Source: a virus. From it: a stretch of DNA of 64,000 nt. Each line of letters opens with the position of its first letter. The first letter of the stretch is position 1. The notes under the pieces are model-generated. The model saw only the letters and a program-made list of their open reading frames with translations, ran no database searches and had not been told where the DNA came from. Below are positions 54,933 to 62,739 of this stretch, one piece after another. Both the position numbers and the translations under genes were made by a program. Location of the stretch: the IMG/VR virus record IMGVR_UViG_3300021977_000001; one strand, written 5' to 3'.

Positions 54933-55718
54933 TTAGCTTGAAAAGAAAGCAATCAACTTCTGCTCTTTTTCACTGTTACGCAAGGTTGCTGCTGTAAGCT
55001 CAACATCAATTTGCTTCAGTGCTTGTTTACGTGACGATGGATCACATACCATAATGAACATGTTCATTAAGCGCTCAAAGCATTTACGATCTTGTGTAGA
55101 TAGCTTCACCTGATCGATAAAGCGGTAAACACGCTTCTCATGGAAAGCACTAGCACGGTTATCATTGATGATGGAAAGTACAGTATTGATAGTAGTGTAC
55201 AGTTCCTTACCTTCAAGACCTAACATACGCTGGAAGGCACGATAGATCAGTACCTGTTGCTGCGTACCAATGGTGGCATTGATAGGAATACCTTTAGCCA
55301 TCTTTTCCGCGTACGTACGTACCGCGTTGATTACACCTTCAGCAGTAATGCTTAACCCTTCAGGCATGGTGAAACCAGCTTCAGAAGTTTCTTCTTGGCT
55401 TTCTTCACTCTCACCGTCTTGCTCTTTAGCGGTTTCTTGCTCAGTGGCGTCACCAGACTCAGATTCGCTATCATCGCCGCTATCTTGAACATCCGCTAGG
55501 TTAACGTCAGTGCTGCCTTCTACTGGAGCAGGGTCTGCTGGCGGAGCGTCGTTAGCTTCTGCTTCAGCCTGCTGGGTCGCCTCTACCTTTTGCTGTTCTT
55601 CTTTAGAAGGCGCAGGAGCGGCTGTTGATTTCTTGGTTGATGCGCCACGGCGCGATGAACGACGCTTGCCGCTAGTTGATTCAGTCATATTTATCACCTT
55701 AGTCGATGGGTTGGACAA
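54933..55718 (-). CDS. phiKZ-like core protein with a disordered acidic N-terminus
   Basis: 261 aa; low-complexity first half followed by the helical domain F.EKRVYRF...LS...RK.FERL...F....DP..R. Confidence 0.7.
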   Translation of the reverse strand: MSNPSTKVINMTESTSGKRRSSRRGASTKKSTAAPAPSKEEQQKVEATQQAEAEANDAPPADPAPVEGSTDVNLADVQDSGDDSESESGDATEQETAKEQDGESEESQEETSEAGFTMPEGLSITAEGVINAVRTYAEKMAKGIPINATIGTQQQVLIYRAFQRMLGLEGKELYTTINTVLSIINDNRASAFHEKRVYRFIDQVKLSTQDRKCFERLMNMFIMVCDPSSRKQALKQIDVELTAATLRNSEKEQKLIAFFSS

Positions 55719-55791
55719 CGTTTATACATAGAATTAAACCATAAAGGTTAGCTTCTACGTATAATTGCTTCTGGATTAACTTGTCATAGTA

Positions 55792-56307
55792 TCACCTGAC
55801 CGGCACTGTTCTTATGTGGCCGTTGATGATCTCTGTTTTAACACTATTATCTAAACTTGCGTAAGGATAACCAAATTTAGTGTGTGCTTTTAAAAAGTGA
55901 TCAACAATACCGACCCCTAAGTTATCATAAGGCATATAGTTGTCATGTAAGGTCCTAACCGTTACTTCTTTGATTAGATTATCAGCATAATAACCATACA
56001 TGTCTTTATGAGACGACGCACCTGTTGGTGTTAACGTATCATAATAAACACCATCGACGCTAAAGTAAGCATGGTTGACATTATCAAAGAATTTAACATC
56101 ATACCCACGGCGTTTTAGATAAAGACCGATAGCCATTGCAGCAACGCCACAGTCACCTGAGTTGATACGTTCTAACGTAGCATGGTTAGGTAGACTGGCT
56201 TGTTCTATACGGCGTGTTAAGTCTTTATGCGTCTTTACGGGGACAGGTTGAATATTCATTAGCTTTTCATAATGCAAGATGAACGTGTGGGTAGCGATAG
56301 CTATCAT
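55792..56307 (-). CDS. Hypothetical protein (possible papain-like Cys-His-Asp triad)
   Basis: NSGDCGVAA...NHAYF..DG.YYD pattern; start uncertain (MNIQP). Confidence 0.55.
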   Translation of the reverse strand: MIAIATHTFILHYEKLMNIQPVPVKTHKDLTRRIEQASLPNHATLERINSGDCGVAAMAIGLYLKRRGYDVKFFDNVNHAYFSVDGVYYDTLTPTGASSHKDMYGYYADNLIKEVTVRTLHDNYMPYDNLGVGIVDHFLKAHTKFGYPYASLDNSVKTEIINGHIRTVPVR

Positions 56308-56346
56308 TCTCTATTCCTTAGTTTAGAATTATTATATCTCATAGGT

Positions 56347-56354
56347 GTAATGTA
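56347..56354 (-). promoter_or_regulatory. Early promoter variant (TACATTAC)
   Basis: Intergenic, just after a terminator. Confidence 0.55.
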
Positions 56355-56371
56355 GGGGTGTTTTTAATTAA

Positions 56372-56400
56372 CGGCATAAAGAGAGGGCTAAGCCCTCTTC
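56372..56400 (-). terminator. Hairpin followed by TTTATGCCG
   Basis: AGAGGGC-taa-GCCCTCT stem downstream of the SLT gene. Confidence 0.75.
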
Positions 56401-56401
56401 T

Positions 56402-57130
56402 TTAATTTACAGGATCGACAACGCCAAGCTGTTTTCTAAATCCATCAATGAGTTTAACATAACTTATTGTTTCTTTAGAATGACGGCCAGTGATGTCTGG
56501 CAGGCAGGCAATGATATCATTATAACCACTAGGACCACCGCAGGCCTTTTGTGCATTGAGAATATGCCCACACCCTGCGTTATAGCACGCTTGCGCTAAC
56601 CATATTCTGTCAAGTTGAGGACGAGGGGATGTCCAGAAGTTATAGCGCGTATTCATATACCACGCCCCTGCTTCAATATTAGTCCGCGCATCCCATACAT
56701 CGCGGCCTTGTTTAACCGCTTCAGGCACACCTTCAAATGTACCGGGCATGAATTGACAGACACCCCCGGCACCTACCGGACTTACTGCTTTAGGATTAAA
56801 ACGACTCTCCTGCCAACATTGCGCCTTTAACCATTTCCAGTCTATCTGAGGCATATGCCAGCTCATCGCTGCCTTAAAAAACACATCGTATTTAATAGAC
56901 TGAAGACCGGTTAACTTAGACGCATCGACAACTTGATAGGTGTTTTCTTCTATCTCGTCTTTTTCAACAGCTATAGGATCAGGTTCTTCCATTACCTCTT
57001 CTACAACAGGTGCTGGCGGGACATCGATTACCTCTACAGTAACGGGTTCGGTCTTATCGTAATCTGGCGGCGGGATAGACTCCCCACATGCCGTTAACAA
57101 AACCAATGTCAGTAATAATGACAAACGCAT
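56402..57130 (-). CDS. Lipoprotein lytic transglycosylase (SLT domain), putative endolysin
   Basis: Lipobox LTAC at residue 15, Pro/Glu linker, then QESRFNPKAVSPVGAGGVCQFMPGT, ACYNAGCG and ETISYV. Confidence 0.88.
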   Translation of the reverse strand: MRLSLLLTLVLLTACGESIPPPDYDKTEPVTVEVIDVPPAPVVEEVMEEPDPIAVEKDEIEENTYQVVDASKLTGLQSIKYDVFFKAAMSWHMPQIDWKWLKAQCWQESRFNPKAVSPVGAGGVCQFMPGTFEGVPEAVKQGRDVWDARTNIEAGAWYMNTRYNFWTSPRPQLDRIWLAQACYNAGCGHILNAQKACGGPSGYNDIIACLPDITGRHSKETISYVKLIDGFRKQLGVVDPVN

Positions 57131-57139
57131 ACTGTCTCC

Positions 57140-57370
57140 TTATACCAAGGCAAAGCAGCCTAGTAGCATAATAGCAAATGCAATCATGCGAGTGTTCCAG
57201 TAACTGACTTTTGCCTTATCATCCTCGATCTCATCCCACTCTTCTTTAAATCGAATGTCAAGTACTTTATCGGCAACACGTAAAGCGACAAACCAAAACA
57301 CTAATACGATAGTAGCTGCAATGAGCTTTTTAGAAATAGCAAACAAGATTGGATATACAAACGCTTCCAT
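57140..57370 (-). CDS. Small two-TM protein, putative holin
   Basis: 76 aa; two hydrophobic helices flanking LRVADKVLDIRF; directly upstream of the SLT gene. Confidence 0.55.
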   Translation of the reverse strand: MEAFVYPILFAISKKLIAATIVLVFWFVALRVADKVLDIRFKEEWDEIEDDKAKVSYWNTRMIAFAIMLLGCFALV

Positions 57371-57385
57371 AATGGACTCCTTAAA

Positions 57386-58675
57386 TTAACCAAGAGACTT
57401 CTGTGCATAAGTCATTAACGCGTACATAGACCTAACACCATGCCCCATAAGTGATACATAGGGTTTGTCTAATCGCATCGCTTGAAACCTAACTACGTTA
57501 CGTACAAGCTCGGAAACGGCTTGTTTGGCCTCGTCGCCGTCATCGGTAATGATACCTACCGCTTTATTCCCTACCTTGATAAGTTTCTCTTTAACCCGCT
57601 CTATCTCATCTATCTGATCGTGGTAGATTTCAAAAGATTCAATAATACCTCGACACACATTACACACCTCTTGCACCTGCACTTCGGTTAAAGGTTCAAC
57701 GTCAACAGAGGTGTTGGTTGTATTGATGGTGCGACTATATACGTCAACATGACTACTGGCTAAATGCTTAGCACCTAACTTAGCATAATTGACAATAGTA
57801 GGAAGGTGCTTGAGTACCGCTTTATGTCCCTCGCTGTGGAATCTAGGGTAACGATATAAAGGCATTCTTCCACCTAAGATCTCACCCTGACGCGGGGCGA
57901 AGGTAAGGTGACGTTCGGTGGTTATACCTTTTACATTAACAGACTCACCCCATATGCCTGCTGGAGGGTGTCTCTCACCTATTTCAACATCTACACGAGA
58001 TAGCGTCATAAGCTGCTTGACAAGCTCTTTAGCCTCATCGTAACCAGGGGTGTTAAAATCGTCTAACTCACCTTGAAAGGTCGTAGGTACTGTCTCTACT
58101 GCTTTAATAGTAGATTCGGCATTGCTTAATACAGAGGGAAAATCTACTTCAAAACAATCACGTATAACGATGTGTGTTTGATTTAGATCCTTTAATATCT
58201 GTTCACGTGTTATTTTACTGCCAGCTAGATAGGCAAGTTCTTCACTAAGCGTCACCGTGTCGCTATAGTGGTAACTGTGTTTCATTTTGCTAACGGACTC
58301 AACTAGCGCCTTTAGTTTAGGAATAGCGGAAGATATCTTCTTAGCCCACACCTTAACTTTCTTCATCCCTTCGATGATGTGTTTGATGATGTTCTTCCAC
58401 ACTACTTTTACTTGATCACGCAGTCCCTCTAAACTCATAGAAGTGCTAGGTATCCCCACTCGCTTAAGCATTGCAACCTGGTGATCCTCTAAAGACACGT
58501 TGTTTTCTATTGAGTCAGCTATGCGTTCAATCGCGTTGAGTGTAGCGGTCTCTTTTTCTATCGTATCAAAAACACCTTCAAGGGTCATGGTTAATCCCTC
58601 TACCTGCATTAGCGTGGTGGACATTTGCAAGTGATCTATCATAGCTCTTGCTACACCTGGTCGTAAGACTGACAT
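57386..58675 (-). CDS. Inner head / ejection protein paralog
   Basis: 429 aa; TLEG, VSLED and MSLEGLRDQVKVVWKNII share the propeptide and helix pattern of the other paralogs. Confidence 0.7.
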   Translation of the reverse strand: MSVLRPGVARAMIDHLQMSTTLMQVEGLTMTLEGVFDTIEKETATLNAIERIADSIENNVSLEDHQVAMLKRVGIPSTSMSLEGLRDQVKVVWKNIIKHIIEGMKKVKVWAKKISSAIPKLKALVESVSKMKHSYHYSDTVTLSEELAYLAGSKITREQILKDLNQTHIVIRDCFEVDFPSVLSNAESTIKAVETVPTTFQGELDDFNTPGYDEAKELVKQLMTLSRVDVEIGERHPPAGIWGESVNVKGITTERHLTFAPRQGEILGGRMPLYRYPRFHSEGHKAVLKHLPTIVNYAKLGAKHLASSHVDVYSRTINTTNTSVDVEPLTEVQVQEVCNVCRGIIESFEIYHDQIDEIERVKEKLIKVGNKAVGIITDDGDEAKQAVSELVRNVVRFQAMRLDKPYVSLMGHGVRSMYALMTYAQKSLG

Positions 58676-58700
58676 GGTCTCTCCTTGTTAAATAAGTAAT

Positions 58701-59156
58701 TCATAAGCATACCGTGATATCTAGATCTAAGTCCTCGTAAAGGTCTTCATCGAATACCTCTTTAAATAAAGCTATTACGCTATCTGACGACAAACCTCCC
58801 TTACCACACCCCAATAAAGGAAAGGCTATTCGTTTAACATTGCGCTTAGGTAAGTTATCTAAGCACGAATATAAACCTTTTTGTATCCATGCTAGTTGTG
58901 AGCCATTCATCCAATGATCTTTGGTTGCAAAACACAGTACATTTATATTGCTTTGTTTATATAGCCAGCAGTCACCTGGCCTTAGTTGCCTATTAAGACA
59001 TAAATTACGATAACCTTCAAACAATGCTGAAGGAAACCGTAGTTTAAAAGCAAGCGCCAGCCCATTACCCATAGTACCCATGCAGTTAACAGGACATACT
59101 AGGGTATCTACGTCGTTTAAATAGAATAAGTCAGCATGGATAAATCGTAATCTCAT
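58701..59156 (-). CDS. Macrodomain (ADP-ribose processing) protein
   Basis: DLF...DTLVCPVNCMGTMGNGLALAFKLRFP, FATKDHW and IAFPLLGCGKGGL. Confidence 0.92.
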   Translation of the reverse strand: MRLRFIHADLFYLNDVDTLVCPVNCMGTMGNGLALAFKLRFPSALFEGYRNLCLNRQLRPGDCWLYKQSNINVLCFATKDHWMNGSQLAWIQKGLYSCLDNLPKRNVKRIAFPLLGCGKGGLSSDSVIALFKEVFDEDLYEDLDLDITVCL

Positions 59157-59210
59157 ACATCACCTATATTGTTATACATACGTTAACTAGGTACTGTAAT
59201 TGTCAACTGA

Positions 59211-59240
59211 CGGCATAGAGAGGAGGTGTTACCCTCCCTC
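59211..59240 (-). terminator. Hairpin followed by TATGCCG
   Basis: GAGAGGAGG-tgtta-CCCTCCCTC imperfect stem with cggcata on the + strand. Confidence 0.65.
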
Positions 59241-59647
59241 TATTTCTTTACCTTTTTAGACCTTTGGGCCCGCATGGCTTTACGCTTAGCATTACGCTGC
59301 TCGTTAACAGCTTCACGCATCTCCTCTTGAATTTGCTGCATCTGTTCTTCTTCTTCAGTGATTGCTTTAGCAGCATCATCGAAGATATCAGTCACTGTAT
59401 CGCGAGGCAGTGCAAGTAGCTCTGTTAACGAAAGACCGTAGCGTTTCTGAATATCGTAAATTCTAAACCGTTTAATAATAAAAGGTTTTAGCCCCACCTT
59501 TAAGGTATCTTCAATAGGATGCTGGGCAACAATACTTAAAGGATTGTAAGCTGCGCTGTCGTAGTTAAAGATACCGTAGGTGTGGTCATACGCTTCAGAT
59601 AATGCAATCTGCGCCCCTATGTTATCTAGAGGCGGTAAATGCATCAT
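59240..59647 (-). CDS. Conserved phiKZ-like hypothetical protein (may start at 59707)
   Basis: AYD.TYGIFNY and I..RYGLSLTE.L.LPR segments; the frame stays open to an ATA at 59707. Confidence 0.7.
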   Translation of the reverse strand: MMHLPPLDNIGAQIALSEAYDHTYGIFNYDSAAYNPLSIVAQHPIEDTLKVGLKPFIIKRFRIYDIQKRYGLSLTELLALPRDTVTDIFDDAAKAITEEEEQMQQIQEEMREAVNEQRNAKRKAMRAQRSKKVKK

Positions 59648-59706
59648 TGCTTGGTTTAGCGGTGAACTAGCGTCTTGTTCTTTTTCAAGCCCAAAGCGAG
59701 GCGATA

Positions 59707-61230
59707 TTAATCGACCTCGTTGCGCTCGTTTATCCTCTTGCTCCGTTTGAACGCTACGAGGATAATAAAAAGTTGCTCAATCTCAAGCGGGATGATGTAT
59801 GGACTACGTCCATGAACATCTTCTTGTTCTCCACCACAAGACGGACAAGTATAGGTTGGAATACCTACAATGCTAAAGGCTGCGTTCTCAATGAACGTTT
59901 GGACATGGTCACGAAACTCACGAATAGTATCTGAATCAGCGGATAACTGTTCACATAGTTTATCAATGGTTTCACGATCATCACCTGACACTATAGAAGC
60001 GTCGTCATCATCACCAATAACAAAACGCCCTACCCAATGCGAATAACGACGTAGCATGATTAGTTTACTCTGCTCATTCATATAGCGAGCACGCTTCTCA
60101 TACTTAATGTCTTTACCCAAACCTTCCTCGGTCATGCGTTCGATGTCTTCAGCCCACTGCACGCCTGAGGTAATAGACTCAGCCATAGTAGGAACACGAA
60201 GGTCCATAGACACCGCTGCATTTATACGAAGCGACGTAGCATGGGGATGTTCAAATTCATCTTGGTACCACTGTACGCGATCTAGCGTTACCTTGCTGGC
60301 ACGCTGTGCCATATGGGTGCGTTGTTTATCAGATAACACACTATTATCCGTCCACAGGAGTTTAGGGATATTAAGTGTTTCTTTAATAACGTGCTGGCAC
60401 TCAGTGATATTGGAAACGCAAGCACGAGTAAAGGGATAGCCCTTAGGATACACCGCACACGATAAACCCCATACAAGCAATGAGAAGTCCGTTGCTAAGA
60501 TGTGGTCTCGTAGAAACTGCTCATTCCAGTCTTTAACATTACAATCGTAGATATGATCAATGATGAAGTTAAATAGATGACCGCGTATATAAACACCTGA
60601 GTGGCTAAAGGCAGTACCGCGTGTATTTCGACCTAGCTTGCCTTTCTCTAACGAGATACGCTCATCTAGCTCAATTAATGCGCCTTCTGATGGGGCTTTA
60701 ATGCTTACCCAAAAACCAGAGTGCCATAATGGTATCTGAACCGACGTACCCATAGTCAACATAGCGTTAACCTTTAGGATAGCTGCCTCGCCGCTAATTG
60801 TACTACCTGGCGCACTCTTACCGATTCTAGGTTTAACTGCAGATAAACGACCTGAGTCTGAATCTACATATTGGCGGAAATCGCTTCCTTCTTGACCTAA
60901 ACGCTCTTCAAATAGAGGTTTAGAGAACATCTTAGAATAAGGCATGATGTCCATAGAACTGCTGTACTCTAAGGTATCCGCCCACAGCTTTGCTGATGTT
61001 GATGAAATCTGAACCTTAGCCATGCTAGATAACGTATCTAGTAGATTAGATAAGTTTGCACTAGGTAACGCCAACGGGATGTCTGAGTTCTTCTCTTCAT
61101 CCAGTGGTCCACTATAGTCCCCGGTCTGCGTAAATGTAGCAGTAGGGCGTTCGCTACTTTCCTCTAGCTCGTGTTGCTCGTAATGGTCGCTTACCTTGGT
61201 ACGGGGTTGGTTTTCGTTATCCTGGCTCAC
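59707..61230 (-). CDS. Conserved phiKZ-like protein (baseplate-hub assembly-like)
   Basis: GTG start, 507 aa; G...QIPLWHSGFWV.IKAP, YP.GYPF.R.C and a C-terminal CPSC. Confidence 0.65.
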   Translation of the reverse strand: MSQDNENQPRTKVSDHYEQHELEESSERPTATFTQTGDYSGPLDEEKNSDIPLALPSANLSNLLDTLSSMAKVQISSTSAKLWADTLEYSSSMDIMPYSKMFSKPLFEERLGQEGSDFRQYVDSDSGRLSAVKPRIGKSAPGSTISGEAAILKVNAMLTMGTSVQIPLWHSGFWVSIKAPSEGALIELDERISLEKGKLGRNTRGTAFSHSGVYIRGHLFNFIIDHIYDCNVKDWNEQFLRDHILATDFSLLVWGLSCAVYPKGYPFTRACVSNITECQHVIKETLNIPKLLWTDNSVLSDKQRTHMAQRASKVTLDRVQWYQDEFEHPHATSLRINAAVSMDLRVPTMAESITSGVQWAEDIERMTEEGLGKDIKYEKRARYMNEQSKLIMLRRYSHWVGRFVIGDDDDASIVSGDDRETIDKLCEQLSADSDTIREFRDHVQTFIENAAFSIVGIPTYTCPSCGGEQEDVHGRSPYIIPLEIEQLFIILVAFKRSKRINERNEVD

Positions 61231-61784
61231 TTTCTACCTCCTTTCGCCATCGCCATAAGGTCTAATGTCTTTTTAGGTGTGGTGGTTACCGCACCTAGTC
61301 GGCGTTGTTTGACTTTAGGTTGAGTCTTTTGTTTATCGATCTCAGCCTGTGCTTGTTTTGCGTTCTCCTCAACTTCCTCAACGGAACGCCCTTCCGTTAA
61401 CTCTAGGATTTGCGCAGTGGTAATTGGAACAACCGTATTGTAGTCTTCAATCCACTGTTGGTAGTCCTGGCCAATGTCGATGGCAATCATGCTAGCTTCA
61501 ACATCGTCCTTAGGTTTATCGCGGTTGATGTGGCGATCGCGAATAGCAACTAAGCGTGTATTAAAGTTAGTCAAGTCATTTAACAGCACACGACCTAATG
61601 CATTTAGCTTTTGCTTGTCTTGTACTTTCTTCAATGCCTCTGGACTTTTAAACAATTCAGAGACCTTAGATGCCGCTGCAAGCATGCCAGCAGCCGCGCC
61701 GCTAAGTTGTCTTAATTCAGCCCACGCATCCGTAACTGGCGCTGCCTGGGTCTTTTTCGCTTTCTTCTTTGGTGTTTTGGCCAT
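61227..61784 (-). CDS. Hypothetical protein
   Basis: Start set at MAKTPKK (61784); the track extension overlaps the divergent gene. Confidence 0.7.
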   Translation of the reverse strand: MAKTPKKKAKKTQAAPVTDAWAELRQLSGAAAGMLAAASKVSELFKSPEALKKVQDKQKLNALGRVLLNDLTNFNTRLVAIRDRHINRDKPKDDVEASMIAIDIGQDYQQWIEDYNTVVPITTAQILELTEGRSVEEVEENAKQAQAEIDKQKTQPKVKQRRLGAVTTTPKKTLDLMAMAKGGRK

Positions 61785-61884
61785 TTTATTTATATTCCTG
61801 TTTGATAAAATATGAATAACTCGTCTTGTATAATTACAAGATGCTGTATTAATTAACGTAGCAACCAGTACTAAGGTAATAACC

Positions 61885-62739
61885 ATGTATATAACTGATG
61901 CCGATGCACTCACTGCCACTTTGCCTGAAGCGCGTCAGGCTTTCTTTATAAGCTGCAATAAGCTTTTCTTTGATATGCAGATCGTAGGATTTGTCGAAAC
62001 CATTGATGCCTTTGTATTGAGCAAAAACACACAGGACAACACATACATCATTGATGAGGTAACGTTAATGTATAACGAATACCTTATTAACCTGCTTGCT
62101 AGTCATGGTGTTATGATTGATGAGGATCAGTCACCGCAGCCCTTTACCTACATAGCACTATTAGAGACCCTAAATCTTTTACCTAAGGTAGATGACGGCC
62201 AGATGATACTTGACACGGTTGAAGCAAGTGAAGACGACATTACCGCGTTAGCTATGTTTATGGAATCGCTACACAGTAGTGGTAGTGTTGTTACTTTCTC
62301 TAACGTCTTAGAAGTTGTCCGCTATGTAGAACCTGCACTTATTGAAAGAATTGTAGAAATAGCCACTGCGGATGTTGATAATCTTATACTTAACAGTGAC
62401 CTGTCTAAAGATCGTGCTAAACTGCGTTATGAGAACCATCCTATATCTAAGCAATCTATTAACCCAACCAAAGGGTTATTAGAGCGAGGCATAGATTACG
62501 GGTTACCCTTGACAACCCTATGGCTACATGCTGATGCATTGGTAGGTGAGTTTATTGAACTTAAATCTATTATCCCGTTAGCATCGCTTATCTATGGTCT
62601 TGTTTTAATTAGCGACGTGGAAGACCATATTGTAGATGAATCAGTATCGCTGCTTATTAATAGCGAGATAGGGGATGAAGTATTAGCCTTAGCGCTGCTT
62701 CGTGAAGTTAACCAGATTAAAATGGCTGAGTCAGTATAA
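61885..62739 (+). CDS. Hypothetical protein upstream of the virion RNAP subunit
   Basis: 284 aa, acidic and helical; TAATG-coupled to the next gene. Confidence 0.7.
   Translation: MYITDADALTATLPEARQAFFISCNKLFFDMQIVGFVETIDAFVLSKNTQDNTYIIDEVTLMYNEYLINLLASHGVMIDEDQSPQPFTYIALLETLNLLPKVDDGQMILDTVEASEDDITALAMFMESLHSSGSVVTFSNVLEVVRYVEPALIERIVEIATADVDNLILNSDLSKDRAKLRYENHPISKQSINPTKGLLERGIDYGLPLTTLWLHADALVGEFIELKSIIPLASLIYGLVLISDVEDHIVDESVSLLINSEIGDEVLALALLREVNQIKMAESV

Noticed and set aside
61785-61919. Hydrophobic N-terminal extension of 61227..61919
   Set aside because: It crosses the divergent intergenic region and overlaps the + strand gene start; it is likely AT-rich promoter DNA read through.
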